A stretch of 63,555 bases of DNA, filler included. It is 6 parts of 6 records of this genome, joined end to end, with 100 filler letters (N's around TTAATTAATTAA, not from the genome) between each part and the next. Parts side by side here need not be neighbours in the genome. Positions count along the whole stretch, not along the records: positions 8,483 to 21,747 come from SRR31156797_27382; positions 21,848 to 33,909 come from SRR31156797_27387; 4 more parts are not named here. One strand, given 5' to 3'. This document shows positions 20,753 to 29,978 of the stretch, piece after piece (positions within the stretch are counted from its first letter, which is position 1; each line of letters begins with the position of its first letter). The notes beneath the pieces were generated by a model that worked only from the letters and a program-made list of their open reading frames with translations, made no database searches and was not told where the DNA came from. Made by a program: the position numbers and the translations under genes.

Positions 20753-21361
20753 TCAAACTTCTCTTTCAAACGTTTTTTCAAATAAGCGGAAACAAACCTG
20801 ACCTGCGCTTTTTTCGCGATAAAGTTGCCAGCTTTCTGGTAGTTCCGGTAATAGTAGTTCTTTTTCTGTTTCGATATAAATCATGGCCTTATCTGCCAAC
20901 CAGCCATTTTCTTCCAGCAGTTGCAGCGCTTCATCTAACAAGCCTTTACGAAACGGCGGATCGATGAATACCACGTCAAATGGTGTTCCGGTTTGCTTGA
21001 GATAGGCTAGCGAATCCGTGTTAATTGCTTCGATGTTTTCAGCTTTTAGGGCACTGATATTGGCTTTGAGTTGGTTAAATGCCTGTGGATTCATTTCCAG
21101 CATAGTGACACGTTCTGCCTGACGAGAAGCACACTCAAAACCTAATCCACCGGAGCCTGCAAATAGGTCTAAACATTTGGCGTTAGGCACATCTTGGGCA
21201 ATCCAGTTGAATAACGTTTCTTTTACGCGATCGGTGGTTGGTCTTAAACCTTCGGCGTCATGTACGGGTAATTTTCTGCCTCGCCATAAGCCGCTGATAA
21301 TTCTAACTTGCCCTGCTTGAGGACGTTTTTGTGATGGGTTTTGTTGGCGACGTCTTACCAT
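20753..21361 (-). CDS. rsmD: 16S rRNA m2G966 methyltransferase
   Basis: RIISGLWRGRKL, LRPTTDRVKETLFNW, DLFAGSG, DPPF. Confidence 0.97.
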   Translation of the reverse strand: MVRRRQQNPSQKRPQAGQVRIISGLWRGRKLPVHDAEGLRPTTDRVKETLFNWIAQDVPNAKCLDLFAGSGGLGFECASRQAERVTMLEMNPQAFNQLKANISALKAENIEAINTDSLAYLKQTGTPFDVVFIDPPFRKGLLDEALQLLEENGWLADKAMIYIETEKELLLPELPESWQLYREKSAGQVCFRLFEKTFEREV

Positions 21362-21569
21362 AGATTTTTTGACCGCTAATTAAGTGTTACTATAGCCAAC
21401 CTTTCAGCAAAAATGTGTTTTGTTGAAGATAAGCATTCATAAATATGGCAAAGTTTACCAAGTGAAGCAGAAAGTTATCACTGCTTTGTCATTTTTCTTT
21501 TCTTTTTAGTGATAATTCTTTAAGAAAAGAGTAGAAAAATAATTAGTTAGAAATTCTAGGATATCCTCG

Positions 21570-21747
21570 ATGGCGGAAAAGAAGAAGCGTGGCTTACTGT
21601 CATGGCTTGGTTTTGGTGATGAAGAACAGAGCCAAACAAAAGAAACCGAACAGCAAGTAGAAAGCACAGAATCTGAAGAAACGGTTGAACAGTCTGTTGA
21701 GGACGTCGAAACTGAAAAAGCAGAAGCAGAAGCAGAAGCAGAAGCAG
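21570..21747 (+). CDS. ftsY: SRP receptor FtsY, acidic N-terminus only (truncated)
   Basis: MAEKKKRGLLSWLGFG followed by a Glu-rich tract; divergent from rsmD. Confidence 0.9.
21720..21747 (+). repeat. (GCAGAA)n hexamer repeat encoding AEAEAE at the contig break
   Basis: More than four tandem GCAGAA units run into the spacer. Confidence 0.85.
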
Positions 21748-21847
21748 NNNNNNNNNNNNNNNNNNNNNNNNNNNNNNNNNNNNNNNNNNNNTTAATTAAT
21801 TAANNNNNNNNNNNNNNNNNNNNNNNNNNNNNNNNNNNNNNNNNNNN
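21748..21847. other. Artificial contig spacer
   Basis: N-run with TTAATTAATTAA. Confidence 0.99.
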
Positions 21848-21976
21848 CGCCCCTACAATCTATAAGTAGCTTTTTCCTGGTTTTCAGACCAAATTAATAA
21901 AATCAAAAAGTCCCGCCAGTAAGACATAATTATTAGCAAGCACTATATTTCGGAGAGATCTGCAGGAAAGAACAAT

Positions 21977-22002
21977 GCCCCTGGTCCGCACGATCCAGGG
22001 GC
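21977..22002 (-). terminator. GC hairpin downstream of the signalling operon
   Basis: GCCCCTGG-10 nt-CCAGGGGC, followed on the minus strand by ATTGTTCTTT. Confidence 0.55.
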
Positions 22003-22031
22003 GTCGGTTAAATCAATTTAATTATTAAACC

Positions 22032-22952
22032 TCAGACCAGCAACCCAAAAGCGACCCGGGCGATGAATTCCTGAAAATCCTGTGGGCGGCGTGGTTTAAG
22101 CAGGCAGTCGTCCACCTTGTATTCGGGCGAAAGCACTTTTTCCATTCGTTCTTCGCTGGCTGTAAAAATAATAAAGTGATTCGGGCCGCAAGACGGATCG
22201 TTTTTCACCGCCTGGCAAAGCTGCAGGCCGTTTAAACCAGGCATTTCAAGATCTGAAACAATTATTTTCGGCTGAGATTCACGGGCGGCTTCCAAGCCCT
22301 TTTCACCGTCCGCGGCCGTCAGGACTTCAAAATTGTGTTCTTCCAGGTTTTTGCGAAATAATTCCAATTGGTATGCGGAATCGCTGACCAGCAGTATTTT
22401 TCTGTCCTGTTTTGAAAGCTTGACGGCCAATAGATGATTTATAAGACGATAGGACGTTTGCAAAGATCTGACCAGGTTGCTTTTTAAGGAAGATTTCGAA
22501 GCTTTTCCGCCTTGGCCTTCTTCGGCCAGCAACCGGTATTGTTCTAATTCGGCCGCCCTGTCCCGGGCTTCGGCCGCCCTGGTCAAAGACCTGGTCGCCT
22601 GGTTGAAAAGAGCTTCCCGGGATACGGGTTTTTCCAAAAGCGCGGCCGCGCCTTCATTCATGGCCATGACCAGGTGCGAAAGCGGCGCCTCGCTGTTTAC
22701 CAGAAAAATAAACGGCCTGTTAGGGTGTTTCTTATGAACGTTCTGCATGGTTTTGACGGACAAGGCGTCTTCCTGAAAAAAATCCATTATGACAAGTTCA
22801 GGCCCGGCGTCTAATATTATTTTGACCAATTCCTCCACGGAGGAATCGCTGCCGGGTTCGTGCCTTATCGGGGCGTGGCTTTCTTCCTTCAGAGCCTGGA
22901 AAATGCCGTCCGCATCCTTTCCCGGCTCCGCTATCAATAAAATATGAGACAT
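22032..22952 (-). CDS. Dual receiver-domain protein (REC-coiled coil-REC), no output domain
   Basis: Atypical N-terminal REC (LVIMDF, LLEKP); C-terminal REC (IIVSDLEMPGLNG, LLKP). Confidence 0.88.
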   Translation of the reverse strand: MSHILLIAEPGKDADGIFQALKEESHAPIRHEPGSDSSVEELVKIILDAGPELVIMDFFQEDALSVKTMQNVHKKHPNRPFIFLVNSEAPLSHLVMAMNEGAAALLEKPVSREALFNQATRSLTRAAEARDRAAELEQYRLLAEEGQGGKASKSSLKSNLVRSLQTSYRLINHLLAVKLSKQDRKILLVSDSAYQLELFRKNLEEHNFEVLTAADGEKGLEAARESQPKIIVSDLEMPGLNGLQLCQAVKNDPSCGPNHFIIFTASEERMEKVLSPEYKVDDCLLKPRRPQDFQEFIARVAFGLLV

Positions 22953-22955
22953 TGG

Positions 22956-25079
22956 CTACTCCATGAGCAGATTATCAAAATCAATCACTTCATAGTACTT
23001 GGTCAATTGATTTCGGGCAAAGCGGTCTACTTCCTCCTGGGTCTTGCTTGTGGCGAACATAACCTTGACCGTATCGGACACCATACCCTTTTCAATTTTT
23101 TCCAATGTCGGGGTTGTGGCAATAACGTCGCCCAACAAGGCCAGCCTTCTGAGAATCAGGTAAGCCACAAGGAACGGCTGTTGAAAGGTGGGATTAAAGC
23201 GGAGCCTGCTTTGAAATATATTCGCGCCCTGGTCGGTTTTAGCCTGCAGAAGAAGGCTGCTGAAAGAACTGAGCACAAAGGCGGCCTCTTCCTCGCCTTC
23301 AGCCTCATCTTCTTCCGCCTTGGCTCGCGGTTTGAATTTGTTAAGCGCCTCCATCAATTCATCATCTTTTAACTTGAAATGCCGCCCGGCCCTGATGTGG
23401 CTGATGGCTTCTTCCAGCAGTTTAACCGAATCAAGCAACAGGTCGATCAATTCCTGGTTGACTTCCAAATCCCTTTCTCTCATCCGGCCGAGCACGGTTT
23501 CAACATCGTGAACCATGGCGCCCAAGCCTTCAAATCCGGTCATTATCAGATTGCCTTTTATGGAGTGGAAATGACGGAATATGGTATTTATTCTTTCCGG
23601 ACTATCCGGATCTTTTTCCAGTTGGAATATTTCCTCGTTCAGTTCGGTAAGAATATTTTTTATTTCGAGAAAGAAGTCACCGGCCAGGGAAGCGTCCATG
23701 CCGGTAACCCGGACAATGTCTTTATCTTCGCTCTCGGCGGATTCGTCACCCAGGGCCTTGGTTTCAGCATCTTTTGCTACAGGTTCAACTCCGGTAAAAA
23801 GATCCTGATCAAATTCGATAGATTCCCGGCTTAAAAAACCTTCTTCAGCGGAATCCCGGCTCTCGCCGGTCGCCAGGTTGACCAATTCAAACGGATCAAG
23901 AACCAGACCAAGTTGGTTGCCGCCTAAAATAGTAGTACCGGAAACCCCGTTTACGTTGAACAGGTCCGGCAGGGGTATCAGAACCAGTTTCTGGGGTCGG
24001 ATGAATTCGGACACTTTTAAAGCTATTCGTCCGTTTTTCGCCTCGATAATAATTACCGGAATGGTTTCCTGATCTTCTTCCTGCGCTCCTCCGTACAGCA
24101 AGCCGTGCAGATCGTGCAACGGGATTATTGACCCCAGGTAAATTATGCTCCGGCTGCGTTCCATTGTGGTGTGAAGTTCTTCCACCTGGAAAGCCTGGGT
24201 GGCCACGACATTGACAATGGGCACGGCAAAATGCTCCCGGCCTGCTCTTATGATAAGCGCGTCGGTAATGTTCACAGCCGACAGTATAGGTATTTTGTAT
24301 AAAAAAGAAGCGCTCTTTCCCGGTTCGGATTCGATGATCACTTCACCGCCGAGTTCGTCCGTCATGGTTTTTACTACATCCATGCCCACGCCGCGGCCTG
24401 AAATTTCCGTTGCCTTGGGGGAAGTGGAAAAACCCGGCTGCATTATCAGGTTAAAACATTCTTCACTGGTCAGATTCGCGGCGGCCGAAGCAGAATAGAG
24501 CCCTTTTTCCCTGGCGACCTGCTTTACTTTTTCTTCGTCAACGCCCCGCCCATCGTCTTCCACCCGGATAAAAGTGTGGCCTTCCTTGGGATAAGCGCTC
24601 AGGGTAAGTTGCCCGACAGGGTTTTTCCCCTGGTGTTTTCTCTCAATGGAATCTTCAAGCCCGTGATCAAGGGCGTTGCGAATCTGGTGGGCCAGGGGTT
24701 CATAAAGTCTTTCCGCAACAGTTTTGTCCACCAGGGTGTCTTCCCCTACAATTTCAAAATTAACCTGCAGCCCCTTTTTCTTGGCCAGGTCTCGAACCAG
24801 GCGCCGGAATCTTAGAAAGGTTTCCTTGACCGGGATGAGCCTGATATCCATCACCAGATGATGAAGATCGGAAGAAATACGGTTGGCGGTCATGGCCGCA
24901 TTCTTGATCATCTCCATTGAATCCTTGTCAAGGCTGTGGGACATGCCTTGCAAGTGCCTTTGTAAAATGGAGATATTGCTGGCGGTAATAATTATTTCCC
25001 CGGTCAGGCCCAGGAGCCTGTCCAAATGGGATATTTTCACAGCCATGCGATCTATTTCCGGCGCATCTTTACCATTCAT
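22956..25079 (-). CDS. cheA: CheA-like histidine kinase with permuted domain order (dimerisation-HATPase-CheW-Hpt-P2)
   Basis: aa 10-80 dimerisation (VKISHLDRLLGLTGE); aa 125-265 HATPase (HQIRNALDHG, DDGRG, PGFST, SGRGVGMDVV); aa 272-403 CheW-like; aa 461-583 Hpt (IFRHFHSIKG); aa 618-700 P2-like. Confidence 0.92.
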   Translation of the reverse strand: MNGKDAPEIDRMAVKISHLDRLLGLTGEIIITASNISILQRHLQGMSHSLDKDSMEMIKNAAMTANRISSDLHHLVMDIRLIPVKETFLRFRRLVRDLAKKKGLQVNFEIVGEDTLVDKTVAERLYEPLAHQIRNALDHGLEDSIERKHQGKNPVGQLTLSAYPKEGHTFIRVEDDGRGVDEEKVKQVAREKGLYSASAAANLTSEECFNLIMQPGFSTSPKATEISGRGVGMDVVKTMTDELGGEVIIESEPGKSASFLYKIPILSAVNITDALIIRAGREHFAVPIVNVVATQAFQVEELHTTMERSRSIIYLGSIIPLHDLHGLLYGGAQEEDQETIPVIIIEAKNGRIALKVSEFIRPQKLVLIPLPDLFNVNGVSGTTILGGNQLGLVLDPFELVNLATGESRDSAEEGFLSRESIEFDQDLFTGVEPVAKDAETKALGDESAESEDKDIVRVTGMDASLAGDFFLEIKNILTELNEEIFQLEKDPDSPERINTIFRHFHSIKGNLIMTGFEGLGAMVHDVETVLGRMRERDLEVNQELIDLLLDSVKLLEEAISHIRAGRHFKLKDDELMEALNKFKPRAKAEEDEAEGEEEAAFVLSSFSSLLLQAKTDQGANIFQSRLRFNPTFQQPFLVAYLILRRLALLGDVIATTPTLEKIEKGMVSDTVKVMFATSKTQEEVDRFARNQLTKYYEVIDFDNLLME

Positions 25080-25476
25080 GGTCGAATATCCTGCTTAAAA
25101 CCGTGTGGAGCATTTCTTTGGTAAAAGGTTTTGTCAGGTAATCATCCGCTCCCAGCCTTAACGCTTTGAATATGTAGCGGGAATCGGCGTGAGTGGATAT
25201 GATGATTACCGGAAGCGTTCGCCATTTTTTGGAAGTTTTAATGGCTTCCGTGAGTTCGAATCCATCCATTTCAGGCATAACCAAGTCTGATATCACCAGA
25301 TCGACATGGTTTTCCTTAAGCTTTTTTTGCGCATCGACGCCGTTTTCGGCTTCCAGGCACACAAGGCCGACGCTTTGGGCAAGCTCGCGCATAATCCTTC
25401 TCAATGTGGGGTAATCATCCACAATGAGAGCGGTTTTGCCCTTCCAGGCCTGTTCTGAAGAAATTGCATTTTCCAT
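25069..25476 (-). CDS. Single-domain response regulator (CheY-like)
   Basis: LIVDD, VISDLVMPEMDG, IIIST, YLTKP all intact; overlaps the kinase start by 11 nt. Confidence 0.93.
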   Translation of the reverse strand: MENAISSEQAWKGKTALIVDDYPTLRRIMRELAQSVGLVCLEAENGVDAQKKLKENHVDLVISDLVMPEMDGFELTEAIKTSKKWRTLPVIIISTHADSRYIFKALRLGADDYLTKPFTKEMLHTVLSRIFDHEW

Positions 25477-25625
25477 TTTAGGTCACTTTTCCGAAATAGG
25501 ATATTTGCCCTGTTCCTCTCCATTAAAGAATTATCACGCTCTTAAGATCCATTCAAGCCCCCAGCCGCTTCGCATCCCTTTATTATTCTTGACAGAGTAA
25601 AGAAAATGCCCTACATATCCGTCAC

Positions 25626-26198
25626 ATGTCATTCGGGGAATACCAATGGTTTTACCGGCCGTTTAAAAAGGGCCGCCCCAGGCTGCTGAAACCGGGTGCG
25701 GCGATCGCGGCCATGGCCATTATTTTAATGACGCCGGCAATATCCATGATAAACGCGTCAATGGCCGATGCCGGGGAAAACCTTGTCTGTAAATTGTATT
25801 TTCCTCATCCGTCGCTTCCTTTTCTGACCGTTGAGGAGAGAGTCATTAAGCAAAAGGCTTATTTAACCGATCGTATTTTTAGTGTAATTTCCGCTTTAGC
25901 TTCGTTAAAACATGATAGTCGGACCAATCGTTTTCCGGACGGTTTAAGCCTGCGACGGGTGTTCATCGATCAGGTGGGAACAGTGTATGTTGATCTTTCC
26001 GCGGAAACAAGTAAAATTTCCTCTGGAGTCATCCGCGAGCGATTGGTAGTCTGGTCCCTGGTGAACACTGTTTGCCTCAATTTTTCTGAAGCGAAGCGAG
26101 TTAAAATTCTGGTTGGCGGTGATGAAGTTGACACTCTTTTCGGACACATAGACCTGTCACGACCCTTACTCCCGGATGAGAGTATTATTAAGAAGTAA
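25626..26198 (+). CDS. GerMN domain protein
   Basis: N-terminal TM; LYFP, VYVDLS, SLVNT, VKILVGG, TLFGHIDLSRP. Confidence 0.85.
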   Translation: MSFGEYQWFYRPFKKGRPRLLKPGAAIAAMAIILMTPAISMINASMADAGENLVCKLYFPHPSLPFLTVEERVIKQKAYLTDRIFSVISALASLKHDSRTNRFPDGLSLRRVFIDQVGTVYVDLSAETSKISSGVIRERLVVWSLVNTVCLNFSEAKRVKILVGGDEVDTLFGHIDLSRPLLPDESIIKK

Positions 26199-26222
26199 CC
26201 CTCGAGAAAAAGCGAATATGTC

Positions 26223-28268
26223 ATGGCTGCTGACAAAAGACTGAAAAGTATAAGAAATATTGGTATCATCGCCCATATCGACGCAGGGAAAACAACCCTG
26301 ACCGAGCGTATTCTTTATTACACCGGGCGAACCCACAAAATGGGCGAAGTCCACAACGGCGAAGCCACCATGGACTGGATGCCCGAAGAGCAGGAACGCG
26401 GCATCACCATTACTTCCGCTGTAACCAGTTCCGAGTGGAAAGGGGCGTCGATAAATATTATCGATACCCCCGGACATGTTGATTTTACAATAGAAGTGGA
26501 AAGAAGCCTTCGTGTTCTGGACGGCGCCATCGGCGTTTTTTGCGCGGTCGGCGGAGTCGAACCCCAATCCGAAACAGTCTGGCACCAGGCGGATCGATAT
26601 CACGTTCCCAAAATAGCATTCATTAACAAGATGGATCGCGTGGGCGCCGATTTTAACAATGTTCTGGGCATGATGAAGGAAAGGCTAGGGGCGCGCCCCC
26701 TGGTCATGCAGTTGCCCTGGGGCAGCGAAGACAAATTTAGAGGCGTGGTGGACCTGGTCCGGATGCGATGTTATGTCTGGGATGATGAAAGCCTGGGCGC
26801 CAATATGGTGGATGAGGACGTTCCCGAAGAAATGATGGAAGCCGCAACAGCCGCCCGCATAGAATTGATAGAAGCAGTGGCTGAAACCGACGACGAGTTA
26901 ATGGAAGCCTATTTAAATGATGAGGAAATACCCATTGACAGGCTGCTGGCCGCTGTCCGCAAAACCACTGTAGGCCTTAACCTGGTGCCGATCTTTTGCG
27001 GCGCCGCACTAAGGAACAGGGGCGTTCAGCCTCTTCTTGACGCCATTGTGGATTTTCTTCCTTCTCCGCTCGACGTGCCGCCCATATCCGGTGAAAAGCC
27101 GGAATCCGGCGAATCAGTTACTCTTCCCGTTGAAGTTAAAGCCCCGCTTTCCGCTCTCGCATTCAAGGTCATGATGGACCAGGGCCGCAAGCTGACTTAT
27201 CTTAGGTTGTATTCCGGAAAAATGGCCGCCGGATCGGATGTTCTAAACGTCAGAACAGGCCAGAAGGAAAAGATCTCCCGAATTCTACGCATGCATTCCA
27301 ATAAAAGAGAGCGGGTCAATGAAGCCCTGGCCGGCGACATTATCGGAATTATCGGTTTAAAATCGGCCGGAACCGGAGACACGATCACGGACATGGAAAA
27401 CCCGGTCATTCTGGAATCCATAGAAGTTTATGAACCGGTTATAAACGTGGCTGTTGAGCCAAAAGTGTCTTCGGACCTGGACAAGGTGACGGCTTCATTA
27501 TTGAAGCTTGCCGAAGAGGACCCAACATTCAGATACAGGGTGGACGACGACACCGGGCAGACCATTATCTCGGGCATGGGTGAGTTGCACCTGGATGTAC
27601 TCGTGCATCGCCTGGGCCGGGAATTCAATGTCGATCTGAATGTGGGTAAACCACAGGTTGTTTACAGGGAAACCGTAAACATGGAAAAGGAAGCCGAGGG
27701 CGTCTTTGACCGGGAGCTCGGGGGAACGCCTCACTTTGCTTCGGTTCTGCTTAAAATCAAGCCTTTGCCCAGAAAAGCAGGAAGAAAGATAATAAACAAT
27801 ATCGATCCTGAAAGCCTGCCTGAAAACTTTTTCCAGGCAATAACGGAAGCTGTGAAGGAAGGTCTTTCCAGCGGCGTGGTTATGGGCTATCCGGTTCTGG
27901 ATATTGAAGTGACGATTATCAGCGCCCAGCAAAAGGAAGGCGTGTCCACGGAACCGGACTTCCGGGTTGCGGCCAGCCAGGCCTTGCGAGAAGGATTATT
28001 AGGCGCCGCCCCCGTCCTCCTGGAACCTATGATGGCGGTTGAAGTGATCGTTCCGGATGAGTTTACCGGGGAAGTGATCGGCGACCTTAATTCCCGCCAG
28101 GGCAAAGTGGACAATATCGCGGCCCGTAAGGCTTTTAAAATTGTGTCAGCCACCGTGCCCTTGTCCGAAATGTTCGGTTATTCCACTTCGGTCAGATCGG
28201 CCACCCAGGGACGCGGAACCTTTTCCATGCAGTTCTCGCACTACGACTTCGTGGAAAGAAGAAAATAG
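26223..28268 (+). CDS. fusA: Elongation factor G (stand-alone copy)
   Basis: [42 protein letters not shown]; no rpsL/rpsG/tuf neighbours. Confidence 0.96.
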   Translation: MAADKRLKSIRNIGIIAHIDAGKTTLTERILYYTGRTHKMGEVHNGEATMDWMPEEQERGITITSAVTSSEWKGASINIIDTPGHVDFTIEVERSLRVLDGAIGVFCAVGGVEPQSETVWHQADRYHVPKIAFINKMDRVGADFNNVLGMMKERLGARPLVMQLPWGSEDKFRGVVDLVRMRCYVWDDESLGANMVDEDVPEEMMEAATAARIELIEAVAETDDELMEAYLNDEEIPIDRLLAAVRKTTVGLNLVPIFCGAALRNRGVQPLLDAIVDFLPSPLDVPPISGEKPESGESVTLPVEVKAPLSALAFKVMMDQGRKLTYLRLYSGKMAAGSDVLNVRTGQKEKISRILRMHSNKRERVNEALAGDIIGIIGLKSAGTGDTITDMENPVILESIEVYEPVINVAVEPKVSSDLDKVTASLLKLAEEDPTFRYRVDDDTGQTIISGMGELHLDVLVHRLGREFNVDLNVGKPQVVYRETVNMEKEAEGVFDRELGGTPHFASVLLKIKPLPRKAGRKIINNIDPESLPENFFQAITEAVKEGLSSGVVMGYPVLDIEVTIISAQQKEGVSTEPDFRVAASQALREGLLGAAPVLLEPMMAVEVIVPDEFTGEVIGDLNSRQGKVDNIAARKAFKIVSATVPLSEMFGYSTSVRSATQGRGTFSMQFSHYDFVERRK

Positions 28269-28362
28269 CTTAATATGAAATAAGTATTATACGGCGACAC
28301 AGTAAAGAATAGGGGGCAAAAGCAAACCCGACGCCTTACCTCTTACTGAAGGCAAATAAAAG

Positions 28363-28857
28363 CTATATCCAGTTTTCATCATACTTTTCCCAGAGTTTCG
28401 GCAGTTTCCGGGCATTTTCGTCCTCATCGTCAAAATCCCATTCCTCTCCCTCAGGATCCTCGGCAGCAAAAGGCTTCCGGGGCATGTCTTCACCGGTTGC
28501 ATTTTCGTATAAATCCAAGGCAATGTACCCGAAAAGCTCATCAGATATTTCTTCGCCAAGCTTTACTGAAGCCAGTGAATCCGGATCGGCAAGAGCGTTT
28601 TCATAGACCTCTTTTCCTTTGGATATCAAGCCGTATCTGAAATCAATAAATCCATCATCCGAACACCCGCCATGGATAATATAAGCCGCTCCCCAAAGGT
28701 TCCAGCGATAGGCTTTTTCGTGAAAATAGTCGAAATGTTCCTGATAGGACACGAGTTCCCGGGGAGACAATCGAACCAGTTCTTCTTTCACGACTGATTT
28801 GGGATCGTCATCATCTTTTCCTTTTGCTATGATTGCCCAAAAATCTTCAACCTTCAC
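28363..28857 (-). CDS. DUF4240-like protein
   Basis: GTG start after AAGGAGAG; FWAII, LWGAAYIIHGGCSDDGFIDFR, LPKLW. Confidence 0.85.
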   Translation of the reverse strand: MKVEDFWAIIAKGKDDDDPKSVVKEELVRLSPRELVSYQEHFDYFHEKAYRWNLWGAAYIIHGGCSDDGFIDFRYGLISKGKEVYENALADPDSLASVKLGEEISDELFGYIALDLYENATGEDMPRKPFAAEDPEGEEWDFDDEDENARKLPKLWEKYDENWI

Positions 28858-29048
28858 TTTGCTCTCCTTTCAGGAAAGGACCGGTTTGAATTATTAGTGA
28901 GAAAAGCGTTCTCGCCTTCTCCCTCCTGGTTCATCACCTGATATTCGAGGCCTGGATAAGTGATTACAGTTATTATACAGAGTCTTTTCGTCGCCTGAAG
29001 CCGATACACGAGTCAAGGTCAGACGCGGCCCCTCATGATACTTTTTAT

Positions 29049-29612
29049 TTAAGCTTTTTCAATTTTTTCTATCGTTCTTTGCCTGACCAGCCCCCGCAAT
29101 ATGCTGAGAAACGGATGGTAACTGGTTTGGTCTTGCCCGTAGGTCAGGTTAAGCTCGTACTCGATGTCTTCCCAGGTGGAAAGGTTCGCGTCATTATGCT
29201 GTATTAAGGCTTCCAGCTTGTCCAGCGCGTTGGCGAGTTTTGCCTCCGGAGTAATGCAGGCGTTGAATTCCCTTTGCAAGGAGATGATCTTTTCTTTAAG
29301 AACCGCCGGCAGACCCCGGACCGTCTTTTGCAGTGCATCAAACTCAATGTTATCGTCTTCTATCTCTTTCTTGAAAGCCGGAATGTCGCCGTTGATTTCA
29401 CCAAGATCATGAAAAAGGCAGAGTTCCAGAACTTTCCTGGTATCCACATCCGGAAACTCATCTTCAAAAAGAACAGCCATAACCGTCATTCGCCATGTAT
29501 GTTCGGCCACGCTTTCCCGCCGTCCGTCCGCGCACCACGAATGCCGAGTAACTGACTTCAAAGGCTCGATAAGGCTCAAAAAATCTAAAATGCTTTGGGC
29601 TTTTTCTTCCAT
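29049..29612 (-). CDS. HD-domain phosphohydrolase (YfbR/HDDC2-like)
   Basis: LKSVTRHSW, ESVAEHTWR, HDLGE, DKLE motifs. Confidence 0.9.
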   Translation of the reverse strand: MEEKAQSILDFLSLIEPLKSVTRHSWCADGRRESVAEHTWRMTVMAVLFEDEFPDVDTRKVLELCLFHDLGEINGDIPAFKKEIEDDNIEFDALQKTVRGLPAVLKEKIISLQREFNACITPEAKLANALDKLEALIQHNDANLSTWEDIEYELNLTYGQDQTSYHPFLSILRGLVRQRTIEKIEKA

Positions 29613-29978
29613 AAATATAGGTGGAATTTAATTTGCACGGCAAGGACCGCGTCTTTCGTATTTCAAGCTCTCCGACTCCATTTTTCGCATGCTTTACAAA
29701 TATTGAACTGAGTCGCAGGACTTGTGAACTACCCGCAAAAGGCGATTTCTTAACCACTTATAGGAATATGTACGGGCATAATAATCCATGGTTAGTCCTA
29801 TGGTCAAACAGAAACCATCCATTCAGCCATGACTGATCACTGCTTGATAGTAATGTCGAAGAGGGTAAGCGGAGGACGCCATCAAGGATCATCTAATGAA
29901 GCCGCTTATATTGAGATTGCAACTTCCTTCAGATTTTGTCTTAGCACTAATAAATAATACATTCAAGATATCAAATCT

